A DNA stretch of 64,000 nt. Source: an uncultured candidate division Zixibacteria bacterium. GTDB taxonomy: Bacteria > Zixibacteria > MSB-5A5 > GN15 > FEB-12. Location: NCBI GenBank assembly GCA_963664195.1, contig OY760907.1, positions 2,624,001 to 2,688,000 on the forward strand, written 5' to 3'. Below the pieces are notes generated by a model. It was not told the origin of the DNA and did not search any database. It saw only the letters and a list, made by a program, of their open reading frames with translations. The stretch's first letter is position 1; every line of letters starts with the position of its first letter. Below are positions 1 through 9,335 of the stretch, in pieces. The position numbers were made by a program, and so were the translations under genes.

Positions 1-141
1 CCCGGCGCGAACATGCGGCTCAAGGGGATGGGGCTGGCGGTCGGCGACAAAAACGGCGATCAATACGTGACCATCAACGTGACGATTCCGAAGACGCTCA
101 CCGAGCAGCAGGAGAAGTTGCTGGATGAGTGGGAGGGATAG
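1..141 (+). CDS. DnaJ/CbpA-like co-chaperone, C-terminal fragment (5' truncated by window)
   Basis: Frame 1 reads PGANMRLKGMGLAVGDKNGDQYVTINVTIPKTLTEQQEKLL..., typical DnaJ_C end; directly upstream of clpB. Confidence 0.8.
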   Translation, partial: PGANMRLKGMGLAVGDKNGDQYVTINVTIPKTLTEQQEKLLDEWEG

Positions 142-152
142 TGGGTCTCATT

Positions 153-229
153 GTAGGTCAGGCCTGTCCTCAGGCCTGACGCCAGTGACGAAACCACAGG
201 GCAACACGGTTGCGTTGGTTTCGACCTAC
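153..229. repeat. GTAG-type REP inverted doublet
   Basis: GTAG-gtcaggcctg..caggcctgac (153-180) facing gacgaaacca...tggtttcgac-CTAC (187-229). Confidence 0.75.
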
Positions 230-249
230 AAAATATCCGCGGCTCCGCA

Positions 250-277
250 GTGCATCCTTCCACAAGTTCAGGATGAC
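250..277 (-). repeat. Degenerate copy of GAGCYTGTCGAAG palindromic repeat family
   Basis: Reverse complement gtcatcctgaacttgtggaaggatgcac vs gtcaggctgagcttgtcgaagcctgcac at 7795. Confidence 0.65.
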
Positions 278-323
278 GGAGCCGGGACACGAAAAGAGGG
301 ACATAGAAAGAGGGGACTAAGAT

Positions 324-2949
324 ATGAACATGAATAGATTCACACAGCGGTCGGCCGACGCTGTCGCGTACGCGCAGCAAATGGCGCAGTCTGAGGAACA
401 TCCACAGATAACGCCCGAGCATTTGCTGATGGCCCTGCTTCGGCAGGAAGACGGCCTCGTACCGCAGCTTATAAAAAAGACCGGCGCTGACATAGATACC
501 GTAGTCCATGAACTTGACGATGCCCTGAAGATGCTGCCGAAACAATCCGGCGGGCAGTTGTACCCGTCGAATGAGCTTTCGCAGGTTCTCTTCAAGGCCG
601 AAGGGAAACTCAAGGAGTTTAAGGACGAGTACGTTTCGGTGGAGCACCTCCTGCTGGCGATTTACGACGTCAAATGCAAGGCTCAGGAGATACTCAAGAG
701 GGCTGGAGTCACGAGTGATCTGCTGATGAAGACGCTGGCCTCGATTCGCGGCACCAGCAGAGTAACCGATCAGGACCCTGAGTCGAAGTATCAGTCGTTG
801 GAGAAGTACTCGCGGGACCTGACCGGGATGGCCCGTGCCGGAAAGCTCGATCCGGTGATCGGCCGTGACGATGAGATTCGTCGCATAATCAAAATCCTCT
901 CGCGCCGAACCAAGAACAATCCGGTGTTGATCGGCGAGCCGGGGACGGGCAAGACAGCGGTAGTCGAGGGTCTGGCGCTGAAGATTGCTCACGGCGAGGT
1001 GCCGGAAACGCTCAAAGACCGGCAACTGGTGGCGCTCGATATTGGCTCGCTGATAGCAGGATCGAAATTCCGCGGCGAGTTTGAGGAACGTCTCAAGACG
1101 ATCCTCAAGGAAGTCGAGGAATCCGAGGGACGGATCATTCTGTTCATCGACGAGATGCATACGATTGTGGGTGCAGGGGCGGCTGAGGGGGCACTGGATG
1201 CCTCGAACATGCTCAAGCCGGCGCTCGCACGTGGAGAGATTCGGTTCATCGGTGCGACCACACTTGATGAGTACCGCAAGCACATCGAAAAAGACGCCGC
1301 TCTGGAGCGTCGGTTCGCGCCCGTGTTGATCGAGCAACCGTCGGTAGAAGATACGGTGTCTATTCTTCGCGGCATTCGTGAGCGCTACGAAGTATTCCAC
1401 GGCATCAAGATATCGGACGGGGCTATTGTCGCAGCGGCGAAACTCTCAGATAGGTACATCGCAGACCGATTCCTGCCAGACAAAGCAATTGATCTGATTG
1501 ACGAAGCCGCCGCGGAGTTGCGCATTTCGATTGACTCCATGCCGGAAGAACTGGATGCGGTTGAGAAGCGTATCCGTCAGTTGGAGATCGAAAAGGAAGG
1601 CGTCAAGCAGGAGAAGGATGCTCCGGAACGGCTGAAACCCATCGAAGAGGAATTGTCCGGGCTGTACGTGCAGCGTGATGACCTGAGTACGCAGTGGCAC
1701 AAAGAGAAGGAGACGGTCGACACAATTCGCTCGATTAAAGCTGAAATCGAACAGGACAAGCACCGGGTCGAAGAAGCAGAGCGGAACGCCGATTTCGAAA
1801 CCGCAGCACGGATTAAATACGGCGATATCTCCGACGCTGAGAAGAAACTCGAGCTTCTGACGCACTCGTTGACCGTGATTCAGGAGAAACGGCAGCTATT
1901 GAAAGAAGTCGTCGATGCCGAAGACATCGCCGAGATTGTTGCAAAATGGACAGGCATCCCGGTGACGCGTTTATCCGAGTCAGAATCGGAGAAGTTGCTC
2001 CGTCTTGAAGACGAGTTGCACAATCGTGTGATCGGGCAGGACGAAGCGGTAATCGCTGTTGCCAATGCTGTTCGTCAGTCGAGAGCGGGATTGTCCGATC
2101 CCAATCGACCGATTGGCTCGTTTATATTTCTGGGTCCGACAGGGGTTGGCAAGACAGAACTTGCTCGTACGCTGGCCGACTTTCTGTACGGAAGCGAGGA
2201 TGCGATGATACGTCTGGACATGTCGGAATACATGGAGAAGCACTCGGTTTCTCGTTTAGTCGGGGCACCTCCGGGGTATGTCGGTTATGATGAGGGCGGA
2301 CAATTGACCGAAGCGGTTCGTCGACGTCCGTACGCGGTTGTTTTGCTGGACGAAATCGAAAAGGCGCATCCGGATGTTTTCAATATCCTGCTGCAAGTGC
2401 TTGAGGACGGAAGGCTGACGGATAACAAAGGGCGCACGGTTTCGTTTCAAGAACACGATCTTGATAATGACGTCGAATATCGCGGCGGAGTACATTCAGC
2501 GCGAATCGACGAATATAGGTGAGTTCAACCGGGAGGTCGTCTACGAGAATATCCGTAAGAACGTGCTGGAGACATTGCGTCAGTCGCTTAGACCGGAGTT
2601 CCTGAACCGTATTGATGAGACTATAGTCTTCAGCTCGCTGGTCCCGGATGAGATCAAGCAGATTGTCGAGCTGCAACTCGGACACTTGCGCGGCTTGTTG
2701 GAGGAGAAAGACGTCACGCTGGGCGTCACAGACGTTGCCATCACGCACATTGCCGAGGCGTCGTTTGATCAGACTTATGGTGCGCGTCCGATCAAGCGGT
2801 ACATCAACCGTGAGTTGAGCCAACGGGTTGCGAAGATGATGCTGGCCGGCGAGTTGCAGCCGGGCGAGTGTCTGACGGTCGACGCGGCTGACGGTACACT
2901 TACGTTGTCTTCTGAGCGCAGTCAGGAGGGTGAGGAAGTGACGGCGTAG
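324..2949 (+). CDS. clpB: Chaperone ClpB, split by +1 frameshift near 2445-2447 (ORFs 324-2522 and 2461-2949)
   Basis: Clp-N domain, Walker A GEPGTGKT and GPTGVGKT, coiled-coil M domain, [13 protein letters not shown]; second ORF has [22 protein letters not shown]. Confidence 0.93.
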
Positions 2950-3028
2950 GGGCAACCTGCGGCGAGGAGCGGACGTAAGGAAAGAATATGGGCATTGTAC
3001 GGACGACTTGCTTGAAGCCTGATCTTTC

Positions 3029-3182
3029 GTAGGGAAGGTTTGTCTTCAAACCTGCCACATCCGAAACCGAACCTTGTGGTTCGGCCCTTTCCGGCAGGTC
3101 TGAAGACAGCCACTCGTGGCGTTGACCCGCCCTATGAGAATCGGTGCAATGAGAGTCAGGCCAGAAGACAGGCCTGACCTAC
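3029..3182. repeat. Cluster of GTAG-type REPs
   Basis: gtagggaaggtttg..caaacctgcc (3029-3056), partial ggcaggtctgaagacag (~3093), gtcaggcca..ggcctgacctac (3155-3182, reverse relative of 153-180). Confidence 0.75.
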
Positions 3183-3219
3183 AATTGGCAGTTGCACATA
3201 ACCACAACGGAGCAATCGC

Positions 3220-3807
3220 ATGACCGATCTTCCCTGGCCGCAGAGATTGAAAAACGCCCTCCAAGGGCATCTCGACGAAGCATTGATTGAGCGCATTGTC
3301 GAGGGTGGCGAAGAGCTTGAATCGCTTGAGGCCAAGGCTCAATGGACCAAAGACACAATGGAGCGTCTTGACGCCCTCGTCCCCGATGAGGCTGCTCGAA
3401 TTGACATTATGGGTAAGTGTTCCTGTTCCTGTGCGATTGGTGCGACGGTAGAGTTGAAAGCGATTTACGAGAAAACGGGTGATATCGATGCCGTGCTTGA
3501 GGCCTCGTATCGCAACCCGTTCTACAACAAACCTCGCCGTGAGGGGAACACGGTTTACATCACGAAAGTCCCCGCTCACCCGGACGAGTTTGCAGCAGCG
3601 AAAACGGCGCAGGAGAGACGTCGTGCGTTCTGTCATTGTGAATACGTTCGGGCCGCAACCGACGAAATCTCGCAGACGTTCTGCTATTGCGGAGCGGGTT
3701 GGTTCAAGAACATCTTCGAAGAAATACTGGGACGTTCGGTGAAGGTGAAGTTCTCGAAATCAATCCTGAAGGGTGACGATGTCTGCGAGGTGGCGATAGA
3801 GTTATGA
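3220..3807 (+). CDS. Cys-rich DUF6144/V4R-like protein
   Basis: CSCSC, FCHC, FCYCGAGW and SILKGDDVC motifs; RBS ggag. Confidence 0.6.
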   Translation: MTDLPWPQRLKNALQGHLDEALIERIVEGGEELESLEAKAQWTKDTMERLDALVPDEAARIDIMGKCSCSCAIGATVELKAIYEKTGDIDAVLEASYRNPFYNKPRREGNTVYITKVPAHPDEFAAAKTAQERRRAFCHCEYVRAATDEISQTFCYCGAGWFKNIFEEILGRSVKVKFSKSILKGDDVCEVAIEL

Positions 3808-3836
3808 CGCTAATGGTTTCAAACCGTTTCCCCATT

Positions 3837-3901
3837 GTACGTCAAGTCCTCTGCGGTTTTGACGGGGGAGAAATGTCGAAACTGCAGGAGTTTCGACCTA
3901 C
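3837..3901. repeat. GTAG-type REP inverted doublet
   Basis: gtacgtcaag..ttttgac (3837-3863) and gtcgaaact..agtttcgacctac (3875-3901). Confidence 0.7.
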
Positions 3902-3938
3902 CATTCTCATGTACAAGCGGTGAAACGGACATAGCCCT

Positions 3939-4247
3939 ATGCCACAGACCTTTCATCAGCGAGCGATAGCCGCGATCAAAAAGATCCCTGAGGGGAATGT
4001 CGCCACCTACGGGCAGATAGCCGCAATGGCCGGTAGTCCGCGCGGTGCACGTCAGGTAGTGCGGGTGCTGAACTCGTCCTCGGAGAAAGAGGGGTTGCCC
4101 TGGCACCGCGTGATCAATCGCGAAGGAAAGATATCGCTCAAACCCGGTGATGGCTACGAGTTGCAGAAGGCTCTGCTCGAAGACGAAGGCGTTGTGTTCG
4201 GTCTGGAAGACCGCGTTGACATGAAGCGGTTTCAGTGGTCGCCGTGA
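3939..4247 (+). CDS. Alkyltransferase-like (ATL/MGMT family) DNA-binding protein
   Basis: IPEGNVATYGQIA, ARQV, PWHRV (Trp in place of catalytic Cys). Confidence 0.88.
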   Translation: MPQTFHQRAIAAIKKIPEGNVATYGQIAAMAGSPRGARQVVRVLNSSSEKEGLPWHRVINREGKISLKPGDGYELQKALLEDEGVVFGLEDRVDMKRFQWSP

Positions 4248-4261
4248 GAGGGAAATGGGAA

Positions 4262-4335
4262 TCGGGTGGCCGGTTCAAACTTGTTTGGGCCGGGTTCACG
4301 TCCCCTCCAAACAAGTTTGAAGGGGCCACCCAGAC
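4262..4335. repeat. ~70-bp palindromic MITE-like element, copy 1
   Basis: gggtggcc..ttcaaacttgtttgg / ccaaacaagtttgaa..ggccaccc; near reverse complement of 27181-27254. Confidence 0.8.
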
Positions 4336-4350
4336 AAGAGTTTCGACACA

Positions 4351-4923
4351 TTACCGTGCGCCGAGTTGTCTGATTGGGAGCGCTTTGAATCTTTCCAACA
4401 CGCTTATGAAGATTTCTTCCGCTTTGAATCGCGGAACGTTTTCAGAAATCACCAACTCAAAGATAATCATCTCAGTCGTGCCGTTGTAATATGAGATCAT
4501 CACGTTCGGCAGGAACAGTCGCTGGTTGTTGATGTAGAACGTCGGGATCGCGCTGCCGCTGGCGGCGAACACAGAATCGGTCGGTCGTATAGTCACGGTT
4601 TCCCCGAAATGCTCGCGTACGCTGAGCGTGTCCTGCGTGATGGCGTCGTTGAAGTCCAGCCCGCGAATCTTGTAAAAATTGACCCCGATCATTATGTCGG
4701 CATCCTCGAAGGACTCACCTTCGGGAACGAAGGCGCAGGAGTAACCGTCGGAACCGGCTTCTTCGATCACCATCTTGAATCCGTTCGGGGCATAGATGAT
4801 GTAGTTCAGCGTTTCCCCCTGATAGTAGGCGGTATTGCTGTCGAGGGTCTTTTCGGTCGTGTACGCAGACAGACCGGGGCAGAGGACCATGACCATGACT
4901 GAAGCGAGCAGAATATTCCTCAT
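4351..4923 (-). CDS. Hypothetical exported protein
   Basis: Signal-peptide-like N-terminus, RBS agga. Confidence 0.7.
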   Translation of the reverse strand: MRNILLASVMVMVLCPGLSAYTTEKTLDSNTAYYQGETLNYIIYAPNGFKMVIEEAGSDGYSCAFVPEGESFEDADIMIGVNFYKIRGLDFNDAITQDTLSVREHFGETVTIRPTDSVFAASGSAIPTFYINNQRLFLPNVMISYYNGTTEMIIFELVISENVPRFKAEEIFISVLERFKALPIRQLGAR

Positions 4924-5020
4924 ATCCTGCTATTATCGGACGCCTTTGACCGGCCGCTTAGCAGTCCAGTATGAAAGCCTTCGTATGGACTGAAGACTGT
5001 ACAAAAAATGCCCTCAAAGC

Positions 5021-5049
5021 TTGTTTTGGGCATTCTGTTGCTGTATAAT
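5021..5049 (+). promoter_or_regulatory. Putative sigma70 promoter of HMG-CoA synthase operon
   Basis: ttgttt-N17-tataat. Confidence 0.5.
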
Positions 5050-5126
5050 AACTTGACAATTCACGCCAGACGACTAGCGCGTTATAGCACGGTCACAGGT
5101 ACAACTTAAACACATAGAGGTATAGT

Positions 5127-6176
5127 ATGGCAGGAATAGTTGGCTATGGTGCCCACTTGCCAAGGCACCGCATCAAGGTCGAGGAGATTGCCAAAGTCTG
5201 GGGCGCAGATGCACCCAGTTACAAGAAAGGCCTCATGCTGCGGGAGAAATCCGTTCCCCCGCCAGATATGGACACGATCACGCTTGCGGTGGAGGCAACC
5301 AAAAACGCCTTCCGGCGCTCGGGCGGTGTTGATCCGGCGGAGATCGGAGCGATCTACATCGGATCGGAATCGCACCCGTATGCCGTGAAACCCTCAGGCA
5401 CGACAGTCGCGGAGGCGATGGGCTGTACGCCGCATTTGCACTGTGCCGATTTTGAGTTTGCCTGTAAGGCCGGATCTGAAGCGATGTATGTCGCTATGTC
5501 CCATGTGGACGCCGGCCAGATGGATTACGCGCTTGCAATTGCTGCCGATACCTCCCAGGGTGCTCCCTCGGATGCACTGGAGTTCTCCGCTGCCGCCGGT
5601 GCCGGGGCGTTCATTATGGGCAGAGATAATCTGATTGCCGAATCCGTATTCACACACTCCTATATGACTGATATGCCGGATTTCTGGCGTCGTGAACACG
5701 AATTCTACCCGCAGCACGCGGGACGGTTCACCGGTGAGGAAGCCTATTTCGCGACCACCAAAGGCGCTTCGGAAGCGATTCTCGAAAAGTCCGGCATGAA
5801 GCCGGCAGATTTCAAATACGCCATCTTCCACCAGCCCAACGGCAAGTTCCCCCAGCGTGTATCACGCCAACTTGGCTTCACACAGGAACAGATCGACCCC
5901 GGCTGGCTTGCACCGAGACTGGGTAACACCTACTCGGGTGCCTCGCCGATCGGCCTGACGGCTACGCTCGATGTTGCCGATCCGGGTGATTACATCTTCA
6001 TGTGTTCCTACGGTTCCGGTGCTGGCTCTGACGCCTTCATCTGGAGAGTGACCGACCGCATCAACGAGGTGCGCGATCTGGCCGTGCGGACGCACAAGCT
6101 GTTGGACGAAAACGTGACCTATGTCGATTACGGCACCTATGCCAAGTATCGCCATAAGATCAAGAAGAACTTCTAA
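5127..6176 (+). CDS. Archaeal-type hydroxymethylglutaryl-CoA synthase
   Basis: [24 protein letters not shown] (catalytic Cys), [24 protein letters not shown]. Confidence 0.88.
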   Translation: MAGIVGYGAHLPRHRIKVEEIAKVWGADAPSYKKGLMLREKSVPPPDMDTITLAVEATKNAFRRSGGVDPAEIGAIYIGSESHPYAVKPSGTTVAEAMGCTPHLHCADFEFACKAGSEAMYVAMSHVDAGQMDYALAIAADTSQGAPSDALEFSAAAGAGAFIMGRDNLIAESVFTHSYMTDMPDFWRREHEFYPQHAGRFTGEEAYFATTKGASEAILEKSGMKPADFKYAIFHQPNGKFPQRVSRQLGFTQEQIDPGWLAPRLGNTYSGASPIGLTATLDVADPGDYIFMCSYGSGAGSDAFIWRVTDRINEVRDLAVRTHKLLDENVTYVDYGTYAKYRHKIKKNF

Positions 6177-6192
6177 GGGAGGTGAGACGACT

Positions 6193-7353
6193 ATGAGAGA
6201 AGTCTGTGTAGTAGGCGTCGGCATGAGCAAATGGGGAGAGGTCTGGAAACAGTCCCTTCGCGACCTGTTTGTCGACGCGGCAACTAATGCTATAGATAAT
6301 TCGGGAGTCGATCACCTCGATTCTCTTTACGTGGGCTGTATGTCCGGCGGCCTGTTTGTCGGACAGGAGCACCTCGGTGCGCTCTGCGCCGACTACCTGG
6401 GCATGCCCGGTCTTCCGGCGTGTCGTGTGGAGTCGGCCTGCGCCTCCGGCGGTATGGCTATGCGGGCGGCGTTTTTCGAGGTTGGCTCGGGCGCTTCGGA
6501 TATCGTCATGGCCTCCGGTGTGGAGAAAATGACCGACTGCGATGGCGACACTGCCACGTACGCGTTGGCGACTGCCGCCGATCAGGAATACGAAGTATTC
6601 CACGGTGCGACATTCCCCGGCCTGTACGCGATGATGGCTCACGCGCACATGGCAAAGTACGGCACGACGAGAGATATGCTCTCGGCGGTGGCGGTGAAGA
6701 ACCACAAGAACGGCGCAAAGAATCCGGTTGCACAGTATCCGTTTGAGATTACGATGGAAGGTGTGGCGAATTCAGTAATGATCGCTGATCCTCTCCACAT
6801 TTTGGATTGTTCGCCGATTACTGACGGTGCCGCGGCGGTTATCGTCTGCACCGAAGAGGTAGCCAAAAAGCTCGGCAAGCCGTACATCCGCGTAACAGGG
6901 TGCGGAGTTGGCACTGATACTATCGCTCTGGCTCAGCGTGCTGATATGACCACGATCAAGGCCTCGACCATCGCTGCCGAAAAGGCGCTGAAGATGGCCG
7001 GCAGGAAGATCGAGGATATTCAGTTTGCCGAGATGCACGACTGCTTCACGATTGCGGAGATCATGATTTCCGAGGCAATCGGCAAGTTTGCACCGGGCAA
7101 GGCGGGTCCGGCGATTCTTGCGGGCGAAACCTCGCTTGAGGGAAGTTTCCCGACCAACTCGTCCGGCGGTCTCAAATGTAAGGGACACCCGGTCGGAGCC
7201 ACGGGCGTGGCGCAGATCGTGGAATGCTTCAAGCAGTTGACGGGCGTGGCTGAGAACGGTCGTCAGATTCCGAACTCGCCGAAAATCGGTATGGCGCAAA
7301 ACATGGGTGGAACCGGCGCATCATCGACCGTGCACATCCTGGAGGTGGCCTGA
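6193..7353 (+). CDS. Archaeal-type acetoacetyl-CoA thiolase (SCP-x-like)
   Basis: [43 protein letters not shown] ggaggt. Confidence 0.88.
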   Translation: MREVCVVGVGMSKWGEVWKQSLRDLFVDAATNAIDNSGVDHLDSLYVGCMSGGLFVGQEHLGALCADYLGMPGLPACRVESACASGGMAMRAAFFEVGSGASDIVMASGVEKMTDCDGDTATYALATAADQEYEVFHGATFPGLYAMMAHAHMAKYGTTRDMLSAVAVKNHKNGAKNPVAQYPFEITMEGVANSVMIADPLHILDCSPITDGAAAVIVCTEEVAKKLGKPYIRVTGCGVGTDTIALAQRADMTTIKASTIAAEKALKMAGRKIEDIQFAEMHDCFTIAEIMISEAIGKFAPGKAGPAILAGETSLEGSFPTNSSGGLKCKGHPVGATGVAQIVECFKQLTGVAENGRQIPNSPKIGMAQNMGGTGASSTVHILEVA

Positions 7354-7754
7354 TGTCTCAATTTAGTTCTCGAGTATGGCGTGAGTATCCGCAGCGGTAC
7401 CGTCTCGAAGCGACCAAGTTCGCCAAGAGCGGCAAGACCTATTTCCCGCCGCGGAAGGTTGATCCTGAGACCGGCGACACCAATTGTAAAACGGTCAAGC
7501 TGCCGGAGTTCGGCAAGATTGTCACGTTCACGGTCATCCGGGTCGCCCCGGGGCAGTGGAGTGATATGTCACCGTACGCTATCGCAGTGGCGGAGATGAC
7601 CGACGGTACTAAACTGATGGCGCAGATGACTGACTGTGACGTCGACGAAGTCAAGATCGGCATGGAGGTACGGATTGAGTTCCGTCGTCTCCAAACCGAG
7701 GGCGACTCGGGCGTGATCAGCTACGGCTACAAGTTCGTCCCGAAGTGGTACTAG
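7353..7754 (+). CDS. DUF35 OB-fold scaffold protein (Zn ribbon degenerate)
   Basis: WRxxPQRYRL..YFPPR, GKIVTFTVI, IGMEV, YGYKF; TGATG coupling to thiolase. Confidence 0.85.
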   Translation: MSQFSSRVWREYPQRYRLEATKFAKSGKTYFPPRKVDPETGDTNCKTVKLPEFGKIVTFTVIRVAPGQWSDMSPYAIAVAEMTDGTKLMAQMTDCDVDEVKIGMEVRIEFRRLQTEGDSGVISYGYKFVPKWY

Positions 7755-7837
7755 GCACTCGCGCCTTTCACGCTTCGCGATGTAGTATGAGTAAGTCAGG
7801 CTGAGCTTGTCGAAGCCTGCACCTATTAGAATACGTG

Positions 7838-7872
7838 ACCGGCAGGGGATTATCCCCTGCCGGTTTTTTTTT
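7838..7872 (+). terminator. Intrinsic terminator
   Basis: accggcagggga-tta-tcccctgccggt followed by T run. Confidence 0.85.
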
Positions 7873-7943
7873 GGCATTCCAATCAAGTCACGCAACCAAA
7901 CGAGTCTGTGAGCTTGTCGGAGTGTGGACCGATTGAATACGTG

Positions 7944-7974
7944 ACCGGCAGGGAAGAATCTCCTGCCGGTTTTT
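7944..7974 (+). terminator. Second, diverged copy of the terminator
   Basis: accggcagg..cctgccggt + T run; shares gaatacgtgaccggcaggg with first copy. Confidence 0.7.
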
Positions 7975-8163
7975 CTGGGGGGATACAGTGGTGACCCATT
8001 CTTCGAGGATACACCAATCAAGTCAGGCTGAGCCTGTCGAAGCCTGCACAACTTGATTGGTTCTTCCTCGAAAAAGTGATTTCCTTTTGTAGATTCACGG
8101 GGCTATATTGGGAGGCGAAGGTGGGGGGCCTGCGCTAGACATTGATGAGGGGAGAGTCAGATA

Positions 8164-8808
8164 ATGGAGTTTGCCGCATTGGCGATTGGATGGCTACTCG
8201 GTCTTGCCAGTAACCTGCTGCACGATAGAATCCGCCAGCATCAGAAAGCAGAAAGCTTCAGTGTCGGAGTTGTGACCGAACTGATAGGTCTGAAGTCCGA
8301 GCTGTTGGCAGTCGCATATCAAATGACGTCAAAGTACGGTCAGTTCAACAAGGAGTTCCTGAGTTGGTATGTCTTGGAAGTCAAGGACTGCGAACATTCC
8401 GAGGTTCCTCCCGAGTTGTCAGACGGATTCGAGGAACTGCTTCATCGTGATGACAGGGGTCTCGAGGAGTTTGCTGCTATCTCTAGGGCTCGACCAGGGG
8501 AAGGTTCCGCTGTCAAGGAACGAGAGATACCTTTTGTTGTGTCGCAACTTGGCTCTCTGCAGCTTATGAGGCCGGAAGTGATTCGTCGGGTTCTGTGTGT
8601 GCTGAAGCAACTCCACATCTTCAACAGCACCGTGCATGAGGCTCGTACCGAGTTGAACCGGACCTTTGAGGCTTCTCTGTCCGAGGTCAATCAGCGCAGA
8701 GTGAACGAGAATCTCGACCTTTACTATCGCAAGATTGGTGAACGCGCACGTATGACCGTGACTGCAGTCGACTCCGCCTTAGCGGAACTGAATGGTGGGG
8801 CAAAGTGA
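8164..8808 (+). CDS. Hypothetical protein with N-terminal hydrophobic helix
   Basis: 214 aa ORF, RBS ggag, bracketed by inverted repeats. Confidence 0.65.
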   Translation: MEFAALAIGWLLGLASNLLHDRIRQHQKAESFSVGVVTELIGLKSELLAVAYQMTSKYGQFNKEFLSWYVLEVKDCEHSEVPPELSDGFEELLHRDDRGLEEFAAISRARPGEGSAVKEREIPFVVSQLGSLQLMRPEVIRRVLCVLKQLHIFNSTVHEARTELNRTFEASLSEVNQRRVNENLDLYYRKIGERARMTVTAVDSALAELNGGAK

Positions 8809-8832
8809 GGCGGGATCAGCGGTCGGAGGCCT

Positions 8833-8935
8833 CAATCAAGTGGTGCAGACTTCGACAAGCTCAGTCTGACTTGATTGGCTTCAGAAGGCTATTAATAAGT
8901 CACGCTGAGCCTGTCGAAGTGTGGCCCTTTTTCTC
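8833..8935. repeat. Reverse (8833-8878) and forward (8894-8935) copies of GAGCYTGTCGAAG repeat
   Basis: gtgcagacttcgacaagctcagtctgacttgattgg; aataagtcacgctgagcctgtcgaagtgtgg. Confidence 0.85.
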
Positions 8936-8951
8936 TTGGTCCGGGGGAGTT

Positions 8952-9248
8952 GTGAAATCAGGCTGGGTTTACATAGTCAAATGTGCGGATAGTACTCTCT
9001 ACACTGGTAGCACCTCCAACCTTGAGCAAAGACTCGTACAGCATCAGACGGGGACGTTCTCCGGCTACACGTCTACGAGGTTGCCCGTGGAACTGGTGTT
9101 ATCTCAGCAGTTCGCGGACATTCGGGATGCGATTTCTGCGGAGCGACAGATCAAGGGGTGGACGAGGAAGAAGAAGGAGGCGTTGATTGCTGGGGACTAT
9201 GAGTTGTTGAAGTTGTTGGCGAAGTCCTCGGGAAGACCAATCAAGTAG
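8952..9248 (+). CDS. GIY-YIG nuclease (UPF0213-like)
   Basis: WVYIVKCADSTLYTGST, RLVQH, YTSTRLP, ERQIKGWTRKKKEALI; GTG start after ggggag. Confidence 0.88.
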   Translation: MKSGWVYIVKCADSTLYTGSTSNLEQRLVQHQTGTFSGYTSTRLPVELVLSQQFADIRDAISAERQIKGWTRKKKEALIAGDYELLKLLAKSSGRPIK

Positions 9249-9302
9249 TGCAGGCTTCGACAGGCTCAGCCTGACTTGATTGGTTGACCTTGACTTGATT
9301 GG
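9236..9302 (-). repeat. Reverse copy of GAGCYTGTCGAAG repeat overlapping the GIY-YIG stop codon
   Basis: accaatcaagtagtgcaggcttcgacaggctcagcctgacttgattggt plus extra tgacttgattgg. Confidence 0.85.
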
Positions 9303-9335
9303 AGAGTCTCGCTTGATCGGCAGGAACAGGCCGAA

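Larger units (their letters stand above)
7793..8072 (+). repeat. Three forward copies of GAGCYTGTCGAAG repeat interleaved with duplicated terminator
   Basis: Copies at 7793-7822, 7879-7930, 8002-8072. Confidence 0.85.

Noticed and set aside
60..1400. 446-aa minus-strand ORF (and similar long antisense ORFs such as 51838-53274, 25841-26890, 60110-61087)
   Set aside because: Shadow frames opposite well-supported genes in GC-rich DNA; no motifs of their own.
2440..2450. Programmed frameshift in clpB
   Set aside because: No slippery heptamer or stimulator; a simple indel is more parsimonious.
3939..4247. Inactivated ogt pseudogene
   Set aside because: PWHR is the normal signature of functional ATL proteins.
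5127..7754. phlACB (2,4-diacetylphloroglucinol) cluster
   Set aside because: No type III PKS nearby and the synthase retains catalytic Cys/His/Glu motifs.
8805..8951. N-terminal extension of GIY-YIG ORF (LRQAQSD..HAEPVE)
   Set aside because: It is translated repeat sequence; GTG at 8952 has its own RBS.
7793..9302. CRISPR array or integron attC array interpretation of the repeats
   Set aside because: Mixed orientations, irregular spacing, no cas or integrase gene, no RYYYAAC/GTTRRRY ends seen.
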